A DNA stretch of 64,000 nt, from assembly GCA_035695065.1 (NCBI GenBank), contig DASSEW010000007.1, positions 8,525 through 72,524 of the forward strand, written 5' to 3'. The position numbers and the translations under genes are program-made. The DNA comes from Rhodanobacteraceae bacterium (GTDB lineage Bacteria > Pseudomonadota > Gammaproteobacteria > Xanthomonadales > Rhodanobacteraceae). Positions 45,148 through 54,905 of the stretch are shown one piece after another. Within the stretch, counting starts at the first letter, position 1; every line of letters starts with the position of its first letter. The notes under the pieces were generated by a model that saw nothing but the letters and a program-made list of their open reading frames with translations, was not told the origin of the DNA and searched no databases.

Positions 45148-45163
45148 CGTGAAATTCATCACA
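45148..45163 (-). promoter_or_regulatory. CRP/Clp-type binding site candidate upstream of the autotransporter
   Basis: The minus strand reads AAAATGTGATGAATTTCACGTG, i.e. TGTGA-N6-TCACG, against the CRP-family consensus TGTGA-N6-TCACA. It is centred about 77 nt upstream of GTG 45078 in an AT-richer spacer. Confidence 0.45.
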
Positions 45164-45272
45164 TTTTCACGGGAAATATACATGCAGGAATCGAGCCCGC
45201 CTAGGCCCATACGCTGGCGCCTGTCTTCCGGGTCGACTTTCCGCAAGCGGCGCGCTTGAAGAGAGGACGGCG

Positions 45273-46532
45273 CTAGTCCCAATCCCCGATCCGACCCATG
45301 CGGATGCGGTTGGCGAACAGAGAGAATGCGAGCTTGCCGGCCAGTCCGTGCGCGCTTTGCACCCAAGGCGGCAGGTACTTCGGCGGGATGATCGAGCCTT
45401 CGGCGAAACACGGCGCCAGCCCGATCACGTCTTCCAGTGCAAACTTGCCGGCGAACAGGTTGTGCAGCAGGTCCAGCCGGCGGCGTTTGAACGCCCAGCG
45501 GAAGAACGTGTGCACGGTCAGCAGCCCTGCCAGGTACACATTGTCCTTGGTGAAGGCCGCCCCGCCGGAAAGCGGCACGCCGCGGAAGACGCGCTGCGCC
45601 GAGGTAAAGCTGTCGCGCTCGTTCTGTCCGTGCTCGCGGAAGAAGCCGAACACCTCGATGAAGTCGGCGCCTTTCAGGGCTCGTTCGATGGCGAGGATGC
45701 GCAAGCTGATCCGCTTCAGCCGCGCGATGTCTATGGAGCCGGACATCAGTTCGGCGAACACCGCCAGGCCTTCCTGGGTTGCGGTCGCGCGCGGCGACGT
45801 CCGCGACAGTGATTTCAGCACGGGCTGCGCGCGGCCATTCAGCGCGGTGAGCGTGTGCACGAAGGCTTCGTGCGCCAACAGCTGGCAGCGGTCATAGGCG
45901 CTGAACGCCGTCGACGAACGCAGTCGGATGCGGGTCGCCCCCGCCGCGGCCTTGGCGGTGAGATCGTCGTCGAGCTCCACTTTCACGACGCCGGCCCCGA
46001 AGAAGCCATCCACCTCGCGTTGCACTTCCTCGCGCAATTCGTGCGCGGGAATGACCTCGTCATCATCGGTATCCGCAGCGAGGCCGTCGCCGAGCTTTTC
46101 GGCAATGGAGAGGAAATAGCGGGCGGCGTCCAGGTTGGATTGGCTTCCGCCGGGCAATGCGCCATCGGGCTTGCCATACAACGCAATCGAATGCGCGGTC
46201 ACCTGCGGCGTGCCCAGCGACTCCAGCATCTGCGCGGCAACCGACCACGAACACGCGCTGCGCTTCAGGTAATCACCCAGCGGGTGCGCGACATCGGCTT
46301 CGCGTGCGATCGCGTCGAGTTCGGCACGCTGCGCGGAAAGATCGCGCCTGGCGTATTCGATCTTCGGCATGACCCTGCGGCCATGCGCCAGCGCGTCGAC
46401 GAACTTGCGCTCCTTCGAAGCCGGCCACGACACCGCCGACAACACCCGGATGCCGCGCACCGCTTCCAGCAGGCGATCGTCCAGCGCGGCGAAGCGCGCG
46501 AGATCGGCAGCCGGGGCGGCGAGCCCGCTCAT
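45273..46532 (-). CDS. QEGLA-motif protein (DUF1704, flavohemoglobin expression-modulating family)
   Basis: ORF 45273..46736; ATG 46532 (MSGLAAPAADLARF). Contains HEAFVHTLT and ATQEGLAVFAE. Confidence 0.85.
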   Translation of the reverse strand: MSGLAAPAADLARFAALDDRLLEAVRGIRVLSAVSWPASKERKFVDALAHGRRVMPKIEYARRDLSAQRAELDAIAREADVAHPLGDYLKRSACSWSVAAQMLESLGTPQVTAHSIALYGKPDGALPGGSQSNLDAARYFLSIAEKLGDGLAADTDDDEVIPAHELREEVQREVDGFFGAGVVKVELDDDLTAKAAAGATRIRLRSSTAFSAYDRCQLLAHEAFVHTLTALNGRAQPVLKSLSRTSPRATATQEGLAVFAELMSGSIDIARLKRISLRILAIERALKGADFIEVFGFFREHGQNERDSFTSAQRVFRGVPLSGGAAFTKDNVYLAGLLTVHTFFRWAFKRRRLDLLHNLFAGKFALEDVIGLAPCFAEGSIIPPKYLPPWVQSAHGLAGKLAFSLFANRIRMGRIGDWD

Positions 46533-47590
46533 TTGCGCTCGCGATCGCGATAGAGCTGGCGCTGCTTGTGCAGCGGCGTGCGGCCTTCCTCGCGGCGCAT
46601 GCGGTCCTCGATCTGGGCCGATTGCGCTTCCTGCTCGTCGCGCAATTTCAGGTAATGCCGGTAGCGATCTGCGTCGAGTTCGCCCGATTGCAGCGCCGCG
46701 CGCACCGCGCAGCCGGGCTCGTTGCCATGCGCGCAATCAGCAAAACGGCACTGCGTTGCGAGTTCATCGATGTCGGCGAAGACTTCCAGGTTCTCGTCGC
46801 CGGTGAGCTTCAACTCGCGCATGCCGGGTGTGTCGATCAGGCAGGCGCCTGAGGGCAGCATCAGCAACGCGCGATGGGTGGTGGTGTGGCGACCGCGACC
46901 ATCGCTCGCGCGTGTCGCCGCGGTCGCCATCCGTGCTTCGCCCAGCAGGGTGTTGGTGAGCGTGGATTTGCCTGCGCCGGAAGATCCGACCAGCACGGCG
47001 GTAATGCCCGGCTGCAGATAGGCCCCCAGCGCCGCAACGCTGTCCGCATCCTTGCCGTTGATTGCATGCAGGAGCGTGGCTTCCGGAAGACGCGCGGCGA
47101 GTTCACACAGCGCTTCGTCCACGCGCCCGGGTTCGACCTTGTCGACCTTGGTCAGCACGATCACCGGCTGCGCACCGCTGCCTTCGATCAGCGCGAGATA
47201 ACGCTCCGCGCGCGCGGGATTGAAATCCTCGTCCAGCCCCATCAGCAGCAGCGCGGCATCGATGTTGGTGGCGATGAGTTGCCGCGCGTAGCGCTCGCCC
47301 GCCGCCGCGCGGGTCAGCGCGCCACGTCGCGGCAGCACTTCCAGGATGTGCGGCGGCGTGCCCGCCTGCACGATCACGAAGTCGCCCACCGCCGGACGCT
47401 GTTCCGGATCCAGGCTGCGCTTCAGGAAATGCGGCGCCGGTTGCGCATTGAATTCGCGCGCGCCGTCGTGCAACTCGTAGCCCGCGCGATGTTGCGCGCT
47501 GACGCGTGCCAGACAGCGTCCCGCGGCCAGCGGCGGCAATGCGCCACGCCAGCCGATGCGGGTTGGGTCGGGTGTGGGGGCGCTCGTCAT
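46529..47590 (-). CDS. rsgA: ribosome small-subunit-dependent GTPase A
   Basis: ORF 46529..47650; ATG 47590. VLTKVDK, P-loop GSSGAGKSTLTN, DTPGMRE, zinc knuckle CRFADCAHGNEPGCAV. Confidence 0.92.
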   Translation of the reverse strand: MTSAPTPDPTRIGWRGALPPLAAGRCLARVSAQHRAGYELHDGAREFNAQPAPHFLKRSLDPEQRPAVGDFVIVQAGTPPHILEVLPRRGALTRAAAGERYARQLIATNIDAALLLMGLDEDFNPARAERYLALIEGSGAQPVIVLTKVDKVEPGRVDEALCELAARLPEATLLHAINGKDADSVAALGAYLQPGITAVLVGSSGAGKSTLTNTLLGEARMATAATRASDGRGRHTTTHRALLMLPSGACLIDTPGMRELKLTGDENLEVFADIDELATQCRFADCAHGNEPGCAVRAALQSGELDADRYRHYLKLRDEQEAQSAQIEDRMRREEGRTPLHKQRQLYRDRERK

Positions 47591-47790
47591 CGCGCGATGA
47601 TAATTGAAGGCCCGGAACAAGTCCGTCCAGGACTTGCCGGAGCACGCCACCTAGCGCATGCAGAGCGGGCTGCTTGATCGAGGGCAACCTCCACGCGCTG
47701 CGGCTGGCCACACTTCGTCATCGCCGCGCCATGTGGCGGCCCCGAAGCGGCTGCTAGGATGCGCGGCCACACGAATGAGAAGCTGGATCC

Positions 47791-49035
47791 ATGCAAGCCC
47801 CGATTCCCACCTCTTCCCGGCTCGCCCAGGTGCGTTACGAAATCCGCGGCGCGCTGGCGCGACGCGCGCGCGAGATCGAGGCGGCCGGCCACGAAGTGCT
47901 GAAGCTCAACATCGGCAATCCCGGGCGGTTCGGCTTCCGCGCGCCGCCCGCACTGGTCGAGGCGTTCACTGCACATCTTCCGCAAAGCGATGGTTATTGC
48001 CATGAACAGGGGCTCGACGAAGCGCGCGAAGCGATTGCGTCGCAACAGCGTGCCCGCGGCGCGCATGGTATCGACGCCGAGCGCATCTTCATCGGCAACG
48101 GCGTCAGCGAACTGATCGATCTTTCACTGCGCGCGCTGCTGGAACCCGGCGACGAGGTGCTGCTGCCTTCGCCCGATTACCCGCTGTGGAGCGCGGCAAC
48201 GATCCTGAACGGTGGCGTGCCGCGCTATTACGCTTGCCCCGCGGCGCGCGCGCACCTGCCGGATGCGGACGAGATGGATGCGCTGTGCGGGCCACGCACG
48301 CGCGCGATCGTGCTGATCAATCCCAATAATCCGACCGGCGCGGTGTACCCGCGCGAGCTGCTGACGCGCATCGTCGCGCTGGCCGAACGCCGCAATCTGT
48401 TGCTGCTTTCCGACGAGATCTACGACGGCATTCTTTACGACGGCGCGGCCTTCACGCCGCTGGCCTCGCTTAGCGGCGAGCTGCCGTGCCTGTCGTTCTC
48501 GGGTTTGTCGAAGGTGCATCGCGCCTGCGGCTGGCGCGCCGGCTGGCTCTCGCTCTCGGGCGCGGCGTCGCGCATCCATGCATTGCGCGATGCGCTGCAG
48601 CTGCTCGCCGCCCTGCGGCTGTGCGCCAACGTGCCGGCGCAGTGGGCGATCGCGCCGGCGCTGCAGGCCGATCGCAGCATCGAGGCACTGACCGCGCCGG
48701 GCGGACGTCTGCACGAGTCGCGACGCGCGGTGATCGACGGCGTCGCGCGCAGCAAGTTTCTCGAATGCGTGTCGCCGCAGGGCGCGCTATACGCTTTCCC
48801 GGCGATCCGCTCCGGCGTGCTGCCGGACTTCGACGATGAAACTTTTGCGTTGCGCTTGCTGGAGGAGGAACACGCACTGGTGGTGCCAGGCACCAGCTTC
48901 AATCTGCCGGACAGCCGCCACTTCCGGATGACGCTGCTGCCCGAGGCGCCACAGATGACCGAAGTGCTGGCGCGGATCGAACGCACCCTGGCGCGCCTCG
49001 GCGAAGGCGCCATGCCGCGTCGGCATGTCGCCTGA
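47791..49035 (+). CDS. class I/II PLP-dependent aminotransferase (AlaA/YfbQ-like)
   Basis: ORF 47791..49035. LNIGNPGRFGF, INPNNPTGAVY, SFSGLSKVHRACGWRAGW (PLP lysine). Confidence 0.9.
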   Translation: MQAPIPTSSRLAQVRYEIRGALARRAREIEAAGHEVLKLNIGNPGRFGFRAPPALVEAFTAHLPQSDGYCHEQGLDEAREAIASQQRARGAHGIDAERIFIGNGVSELIDLSLRALLEPGDEVLLPSPDYPLWSAATILNGGVPRYYACPAARAHLPDADEMDALCGPRTRAIVLINPNNPTGAVYPRELLTRIVALAERRNLLLLSDEIYDGILYDGAAFTPLASLSGELPCLSFSGLSKVHRACGWRAGWLSLSGAASRIHALRDALQLLAALRLCANVPAQWAIAPALQADRSIEALTAPGGRLHESRRAVIDGVARSKFLECVSPQGALYAFPAIRSGVLPDFDDETFALRLLEEEHALVVPGTSFNLPDSRHFRMTLLPEAPQMTEVLARIERTLARLGEGAMPRRHVA

Positions 49036-49056
49036 CGTGCGCTGCGGAGACCGGCG

Positions 49057-49728
49057 ATGAGCGCGCACTCACCCGAATCGCGGAACGCGGCATTCCTCGC
49101 GCTGGGCGACTCCTACACGATCGGCGAAGGCGTGGCGGAAAACGAGCGCTGGCCGATGCAGCTCGCCGCTCGCCTGCGCGCGCAAGGCGTCGCGATCGAA
49201 CAGGCGCAGATCATCGCGCGGACCGGCTGGACCACCGACGAACTCTCGGCCGCGATGGACGAGGCGAACCTGCATCCCCCGTACGCACTCGTCACGCTGC
49301 TGATCGGCGTCAACAACCAGTATCGCGGGCGCCCGCCGGACGAATACCGCGTGCAATTCGGTGCGCTGCTCGCCCGCGCGATCGCGCTGGCCGGCGACGA
49401 GGCGCGGCGCGTGGTGGTGGTTTCGATTCCGGATTGGGGCGTCACCCCGTTCGCGCGCAGCGAAGGTCGCGACGCGCGGCAGATCGCGACGCAGATCGAT
49501 GCATTCAACGTGATCGCGCATGGGGAAGCGGATGCGCAGCGGGCGCGCTTCGTGGACATCACCGGCTTCTCGCGCGCAGCGGATCTGCGCGGACTGCTCA
49601 CCGCCGATGGCCTGCATCCTTCAGGGGCGCAGTACGCACGCTGGGTGGAGGCGATTGCGCCGGCCGCGCGCGAAGCATTGACGTGCGAGCCATTGGCGGG
49701 TCAAGACCCGCCCTACCTCACCCCTTGA
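49057..49728 (+). CDS. SGNH/GDSL hydrolase-family protein
   Basis: ORF 49057..49728. Block I FLALGDSYTIGEG, block III IGVNNQ, block V DGLHPS. Confidence 0.85.
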   Translation: MSAHSPESRNAAFLALGDSYTIGEGVAENERWPMQLAARLRAQGVAIEQAQIIARTGWTTDELSAAMDEANLHPPYALVTLLIGVNNQYRGRPPDEYRVQFGALLARAIALAGDEARRVVVVSIPDWGVTPFARSEGRDARQIATQIDAFNVIAHGEADAQRARFVDITGFSRAADLRGLLTADGLHPSGAQYARWVEAIAPAAREALTCEPLAGQDPPYLTP

Positions 49729-50260
49729 ATCCGCCCGCATCGAGGAACGCCTGTTCCTCCGGAGTGCTGCGCCGCCCCAGCGCGGCATTGCGGTGCGGGA
49801 AACGACCGAAGCGGCGGATGATGTCGTGGTGGATGCGCGCCCAGTGGTCGGCGTTCTCGCCCGGCAGCGCACGATGCAGGAACAACGAACGCTCCTGGTC
49901 GGCGAGGTCTTCCGAATGCTCGAACGGCAGGTAGAAGAACATCCGCAGCTCCGGCTCGACCTGGGAATCGAAGCCGGCATCGAGTGACCGTTGCGCATAT
50001 TCGCGCGCAAGTCCATCCGTCGCATAGGCGTGCGCGCTGCCGCGGAACACGTTGCGCGGAATCTGGTCGAGCAGGATCAGCAACGCCAGCGCGCCCTGCG
50101 CCTCGGCCATCCAGCCCTCGAACTCGCGACGCGCCGCGGCATGGTGCGCGTCCAGGAAACGCGCCGCGCATTCGGCGTCGAACGCCTCGTCTCGCGTGAA
50201 CCAGCGCTGCGTACCGGCAGCGCGCCAGAATTCCACCACCTGCTGCGGTTGCGGATGCAT
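49718..50260 (-). CDS. DUF924 family protein
   Basis: ORF 49718..50449; ATG 50260. WF..D...D, LLILLDQIPRNVFRGSAHAYATD, RFGRFPHRNAALGRRSTPEE. Confidence 0.85.
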   Translation of the reverse strand: MHPQPQQVVEFWRAAGTQRWFTRDEAFDAECAARFLDAHHAAARREFEGWMAEAQGALALLILLDQIPRNVFRGSAHAYATDGLAREYAQRSLDAGFDSQVEPELRMFFYLPFEHSEDLADQERSLFLHRALPGENADHWARIHHDIIRRFGRFPHRNAALGRRSTPEEQAFLDAGGFKG

Positions 50261-50309
50261 GCGTTTAGTCCGTGGCTGGATGCAGAGGTGCCGCTGCCGC
50301 GCGCGCTTT

Positions 50310-52031
50310 TCAAGCGGGCGGCGTGGCCAGCGTCTGCGCGACTTCCTCGCGCCGGTACAGCACCACGCGATTGCGGCCCAAGGCCTTGGCGCGATACTGA
50401 GCGGTGTCGGCGCATTCGACCAAGGTTTCCGCGCTGGGCGTGTCGGCATCCATCACCGCCACGCCGATGCTCACGGTCAACGAAACGGGTTCACCGCCCA
50501 CTTCCACGCGCAAGGCCGCCGCGCGCGCGCAGAGGCGCTGCGCGATCTGCAGCGCCACCCTTGCGCTCACCCAGCGCAGCACGATCAGGAATTCCTCGCC
50601 GCCGTAACGGCCCAGGTGATCGCTGGCGGCGAGCTGTTCCTGGATCGCGCCGACCACTGCGCGCAGGCAGGCGTCGCCGGCAGAATGTCCGCGGGTGTCA
50701 TTGACGCGCTTGAAGTGATCGAGATCCAGGAACAACACCGCCAGCGACTGGTTCTTGCCGCGCGCGGACTGCCAAGCTTCGTGCAGGCGATCCAGGATCG
50801 CGCGCCGGTTGAGCACGCCGGTGAGCGGATCGTTTTCGGCCAGGCGATTCGCGCGGTCGCGCTCGTGGCGTACCTGCAGCGTGCGATCGGCCAGGCCCAC
50901 GGTGATCACCACCGCGGCGTACGCCATGCTGGCCGGGAAGCCGTACTCCAGCCACGCCGGCAGGTGCAGGCCCACGATCAGCTGGGTCACGCGCAACAGC
51001 GTGAGCGCCAGCAGCGGCAGCCACGCGATCAGGAAAAAGCCGGCCTGACGGCTGCCGCGCCGCCACGCGCGCCAGCCGGCGAACAACGCGGTCAGCGTGC
51101 TGACGATCAGCAGCAGGTTCACGGTGTTGGGCAGCCACGCATCCGGGTCCAGCAGCGGAATCCACACCAGCACCGCAAACAGGAAATACGGCCAGCGCAT
51201 CCACGCCAGCACGCGCGCAAGTTGCGGCACCACCTCGCGCAGCGCGGCGAATTCCAGGATGAAGCTGATGGAGAGCGCCGCCGCCAGCGTGGCGGCGAAC
51301 TGGCCCGGGTGATAGCCGAGCGGCGCGAGCCACTGCGCGCCCGGCAGCACGTACAGCTCGCCCGAGACCGACATCTGGTAGGCAAGCTGTGCGCCCATGT
51401 AGGCGAGGAAGTACAGGAACATGCGGTCGCGCAGCACCAGCCAGAAGCACAGGATCACCAGCAGCATCGACGCTTCCACGCTGGCGAAGGCCGTGCTCAG
51501 GCGCACATGGCGCAGGTCGCCGGCCTGGTAGCTCGCGTAGTCGGAGATCCGCACGCGCAGCGGCTGGCTCTGGCCGGGCGCGCCCACGCTCACGTAGACC
51601 GGCTGGTCGGCACGCAGGTCGCGCGGCAACACCAGCACCAGCGCGTGCCGCGAAAAGCGCGGATCGAGGTCGGCGTCGTAAGTGCTGAGCGTGCGCGGCG
51701 CATAACCCGGCGGCAGGTACGCCGTGACGCGCGCGCGGATGTCGCCGCTGATCGCGAGCAGCGGCCGCGAGGCACCGTTCCAGTCGTGCGCCAGCCGCAC
51801 GCGATACCACGCGTCGCGATCATCCGGCGCGCGCAGCAACGGCCTGGGCAACACCTGGAACTGCGAGCCAAGCTTGCCCTGCACGATCATCTGCGTCGGC
51901 GGGGCCGCGTCGGCCGGCAGTTGCAGCCGGCTGACCTGCACGGGCGCGTCCGCCGCGTGCGCACAAGCCAGGCAGGCCAGCACCACAAGCAAGCCCGCCA
52001 GCCATGCACCCGCGAACCCTCGACCGCGCAT
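50310..52031 (-). CDS. 7TM-DISM-type receptor diguanylate cyclase (GGEEF)
   Basis: ORF 50310..52031. Signal peptide, periplasmic beta-rich module, seven TM helices, then DPLTGVLNRRA, DLDHFKRVNDTRGHSAGD, GRYGGEEFLIVL. Confidence 0.88.
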   Translation of the reverse strand: MRGRGFAGAWLAGLLVVLACLACAHAADAPVQVSRLQLPADAAPPTQMIVQGKLGSQFQVLPRPLLRAPDDRDAWYRVRLAHDWNGASRPLLAISGDIRARVTAYLPPGYAPRTLSTYDADLDPRFSRHALVLVLPRDLRADQPVYVSVGAPGQSQPLRVRISDYASYQAGDLRHVRLSTAFASVEASMLLVILCFWLVLRDRMFLYFLAYMGAQLAYQMSVSGELYVLPGAQWLAPLGYHPGQFAATLAAALSISFILEFAALREVVPQLARVLAWMRWPYFLFAVLVWIPLLDPDAWLPNTVNLLLIVSTLTALFAGWRAWRRGSRQAGFFLIAWLPLLALTLLRVTQLIVGLHLPAWLEYGFPASMAYAAVVITVGLADRTLQVRHERDRANRLAENDPLTGVLNRRAILDRLHEAWQSARGKNQSLAVLFLDLDHFKRVNDTRGHSAGDACLRAVVGAIQEQLAASDHLGRYGGEEFLIVLRWVSARVALQIAQRLCARAAALRVEVGGEPVSLTVSIGVAVMDADTPSAETLVECADTAQYRAKALGRNRVVLYRREEVAQTLATPPA

Positions 52032-52129
52032 GCCGTCACCTCGGCTGGAAGTCTATTGCGTTCACGCGCGCACGGCACCTGCCGGAAGTTCACGCAGGGC
52101 GCCCCCGACGCGCGTAGGATTCCGGGTTC

Positions 52130-52789
52130 ATGAATCGTCCCCTGCGCGCGCTCGCCGGTGCCTCGCTGCTGATCGTGTTCGGCTGCGCGCCCCGCGTCGC
52201 GGCGGCGGCGACCATCTACAAATGCACCGCGGGGGATGGCGCGGTGACCTACCAGGACAAACCGTGTCCGGCCCACCAGCGCCAGGACACGATGGAATTT
52301 TCGGATGCGCCGATCGTCACGCCGGCGCCGCCTCCGATCGTCGCCGCGAGCGCGCCGGCAGCGGCCGCGACCGTTGCACCCGCGCCGGTCGCTTCACCGT
52401 CGCCGTTGCCGACGATGTACGCCTGCACGACTTACGATGGCGAGAAGAAATACCTGAGCGACACCTTGCCCGCGCCGTATCCGGTGCCGCTGGGCGCGCT
52501 GGGCTATCCCGGGCAAAGCCTCGACCAGGCGTATGGCGGACGCAATCGCATCGGCCTGTCCGCGCCGGAAGAAGCGCGCAAGCCGACGATCGGTCGCGGG
52601 CCGCTGATCGCCAACGCGCAGGTCATGGTCCGCGATCACTGCGTGCCGGCGCCGCGCTCGCAGGTGTGCGACGAGTTGCGCCGACGCTTCGACGCGAACC
52701 ACGAAAAATTGCGCATGGCCTTCCCGAGCGAGAAGGCGCCGTTCCAGCAGCGCGAAGACCAATTGAACGCGCAGCTGAAAGGCTGCTGA
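52130..52789 (+). CDS. DUF4124 domain-containing protein
   Basis: ORF 52130..52789. Signal peptide then TIYKCTAGDGAVTYQDKPCP, as in 27365-28018. Confidence 0.75.
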   Translation: MNRPLRALAGASLLIVFGCAPRVAAAATIYKCTAGDGAVTYQDKPCPAHQRQDTMEFSDAPIVTPAPPPIVAASAPAAAATVAPAPVASPSPLPTMYACTTYDGEKKYLSDTLPAPYPVPLGALGYPGQSLDQAYGGRNRIGLSAPEEARKPTIGRGPLIANAQVMVRDHCVPAPRSQVCDELRRRFDANHEKLRMAFPSEKAPFQQREDQLNAQLKGC

Positions 52790-52804
52790 TCAAACTCGCC
52801 TGGA

Positions 52805-53308
52805 TCAGGGCTCCAGCACCAGCGTCGTGCGCGGCGCGTGCGTGCGTTCGTGCGCGAGCAGCCAACGCTTGGCGGGCAGGCCGCCACCGTAGCCGGTGAG
52901 ATCGCCATCCGAGCCGATCACGCGATGGCAGGGAACGATGATCGACAACGGATTGGCGCCGTTCGCCGCTCCCACCGCGCGCACCGCATTCGGCCGGTCG
53001 ATGCGCTGCGCGATCGCCGCGTAGCTGGCGGTCTCGCCGTAGGGAATCGCCAGCAGTGCGCCCCACACTTCCAACTGGAACGGCGTGCCGTGCGGATGCA
53101 GCGGCAGATCGAACGTATACCGAGTCCCTGAAAAATATTCTTCGAACTGATGGCGCGCCGCGCGAAGTTTCGACGGCGCGTGCTGCGCATCGTCCGGAGC
53201 GGCCTGCGCGGCGCCGCGCTTCGGCAAACCGATATAGGTCAGGCCGCCTTCGTCGGCGACCAGCAGCAGCGGACCGATCGGCGAATCTGTGTGATCGAAG
53301 AAAGTCAT
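52805..53308 (-). CDS. ogt: methylated-DNA--protein-cysteine methyltransferase
   Basis: ORF 52805..53464; ATG 53308. TPFQLEVWGALLAIPYGETASY, NPLSIIVPCHRVIGSDG. Confidence 0.92.
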   Translation of the reverse strand: MTFFDHTDSPIGPLLLVADEGGLTYIGLPKRGAAQAAPDDAQHAPSKLRAARHQFEEYFSGTRYTFDLPLHPHGTPFQLEVWGALLAIPYGETASYAAIAQRIDRPNAVRAVGAANGANPLSIIVPCHRVIGSDGDLTGYGGGLPAKRWLLAHERTHAPRTTLVLEP

Positions 53309-53388
53309 GTTCGAGAACGCAGGGCGGACATCGTCCGCCACCCCTGCGCCGCCATTATCGGCGCGCAGCGCCCACCCTCCATGGCCGC

Positions 53389-54174
53389 CTAAAAACCATA
53401 ATGCAAAAACCCGCCATCCACCGCGATCACGCTGGCGGTGATGTAACTCGACGCCGGCATGCACAGGAACGCCACCGCGTCGGCGACTTCCTCGGGTTCA
53501 CCGATGCGGCCCATCGGCGTGCGCTGCAGCACTTCGTCCAGGTAATCCGGATCGGACAGCGCGGGCCCGGTGCGCTGGGTGCGGATGTACCACGGCGCCA
53601 CCGCGTTGACGCGGATGCCGTCATCGGCCCATTCGCAGGCGAGATTGGTGGTGAGCTGGTGCAGCGCGGCCTTGGTCAATCCATACGGCGCGCCGGTGCG
53701 CACGTGCGTCGCGCCCGACACCGAACCGACGTTCACGATCGCCGCGTTCGCGTGCTGCGCCAGTTGCGGGTGCGCCAGCCGGCACAACTCGAACGCCGCG
53801 ACCAGGTTCAACTCGAACAGCTTGTGCAGATCCTCGCCGCTGTATTCGAGCGTCGCCTTCTTGATGTTGCCGCCGGCGTTGTTGACCAGCAGCGACAGCG
53901 GCGCGCCGAGGTCGGCGATCCAGTCGAACACCGCGAGGCGGTCTTCGGCTTCGGCAAGATCGGCGGCAAACGAACGCGGCTGGCTGTCCGGAAAATCCTC
54001 GGCGATCTCCTCGCACGCGGCCTGCAACTGCGTTTCATCGCGCGCGACCAGCAACGGTTGCGCGCCGAGCGACGCCAGCTCGCGCGCGCAGGCCAGGCCG
54101 ATGCCGCGGCTCGCGCCGGTGACCAGCGCGGCCTGTCCGTCCAGCCGCCAGCGGGAAAGGTGCGCGTTGTTCAT
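53389..54174 (-). CDS. SDR-family oxidoreductase
   Basis: ORF 53389..54174. [16 protein letters not shown]...YGLTKAAL (YxxxK). Confidence 0.92.
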   Translation of the reverse strand: MNNAHLSRWRLDGQAALVTGASRGIGLACARELASLGAQPLLVARDETQLQAACEEIAEDFPDSQPRSFAADLAEAEDRLAVFDWIADLGAPLSLLVNNAGGNIKKATLEYSGEDLHKLFELNLVAAFELCRLAHPQLAQHANAAIVNVGSVSGATHVRTGAPYGLTKAALHQLTTNLACEWADDGIRVNAVAPWYIRTQRTGPALSDPDYLDEVLQRTPMGRIGEPEEVADAVAFLCMPASSYITASVIAVDGGFLHYGF

Positions 54175-54249
54175 GCGCCGAGCTTACCCCAAGCTTGCGC
54201 GGGCGTGCGCCGCGCGCGAGACTGCCGCGCATCGCAGGAGGTCGTCGCC

Positions 54250-54498
54250 ATGTTGCGATCCATTGCTGTCCTGATTTCCGCCGCCGCCTTGTGCGTGGGA
54301 TTCAGCGCGTGCTCGCCGCACAACCCGCAGGCGCCGCAGCCGAAAGACGCGCCGCAGCCGCAATCCGAATCGAGCGTGGTGCTCAACTCGCCGCTCGGCA
54401 CGCTGGTGAAGGACCGCGACAAGGCGAAGGCGGTGCAGAAGATCGTCAATGATCAGGCGGCCAAGCAAAACCAGGCGATCGACGACCAGTCGCATTGA
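54250..54498 (+). CDS. small lipoprotein (82 aa)
   Basis: Tail of ORF 53056..54498 from ATG 54250. MLRSIAVLISAAALCVGFSACS lipobox, then a Pro/Gln-rich and charged tail. Confidence 0.6.
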   Translation: MLRSIAVLISAAALCVGFSACSPHNPQAPQPKDAPQPQSESSVVLNSPLGTLVKDRDKAKAVQKIVNDQAAKQNQAIDDQSH

Positions 54499-54516
54499 TG
54501 GGACAAGTTTGCCGGC

Positions 54517-54903
54517 CTAATCGTTTAACTGCCACGATTCCAGCCCGCTGCTTCCCTTCAACCGGATGTATCTGCGTTCGACTTCATTGATGTTCTCGTC
54601 CCGTCGCACGTTGCAGAGAAACGATAGCGTGATCTTGTGGCCTTGCAGTGCAGCTTGGGCCAAGGCTTTGTGTACCGTGCGATATTGATCGGGCTTGTTC
54701 TTCCGATAGGGTTTGTCGGCCAGTAGGCGATTCACGTTGCGTGCGTAATGCGTACGCGGCCTTTTTGCTCCGGACTTGGCTTTGCCAACGTAACGGCCAA
54801 CTCGGTTTCCGTCCTGATCCGTGATTTCCCACATATAGATGAGAGGCAAGCTCTCATCGAGCTCGTGTGGTTCGACTTCCGGAGTCTTCCAGCGAAAACT
54901 CAC
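54517..54903 (-). CDS. stand-alone GIY-YIG nuclease-domain protein, low-GC orphan
   Basis: ORF 54517..55023; GTG 54903 chosen because sppA ends at 54906. PLIYMWEITDQDGNRVGRYVGKAKSGAKRPRTHY gives the GIY-(N10)-YVG spacing and downstream Arg. NEVERRYIRL supplies the conserved Glu. Visibly AT-richer than its flanks. Confidence 0.6.
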   Translation of the reverse strand: MSFRWKTPEVEPHELDESLPLIYMWEITDQDGNRVGRYVGKAKSGAKRPRTHYARNVNRLLADKPYRKNKPDQYRTVHKALAQAALQGHKITLSFLCNVRRDENINEVERRYIRLKGSSGLESWQLND

Positions 54904-54905
54904 GA

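Noticed and set aside
45157-45159. ATG (MNFTCRP...) as the autotransporter start
   Set aside because: The ESPR motif normally sits at the extreme N-terminus. GTG 45078 reproduces (M)NRTYRLVWN and has a well-spaced AGAGGGG RBS. The ATG lies inside the CRP-like palindrome and has no RBS. It cannot be fully excluded without data.
50052-52133. 693-aa plus-strand ORF
   Set aside because: It is antisense to the 7TM-DISM GGDEF gene and to DUF924. It has an extreme Arg/Gln/His composition and no motifs.
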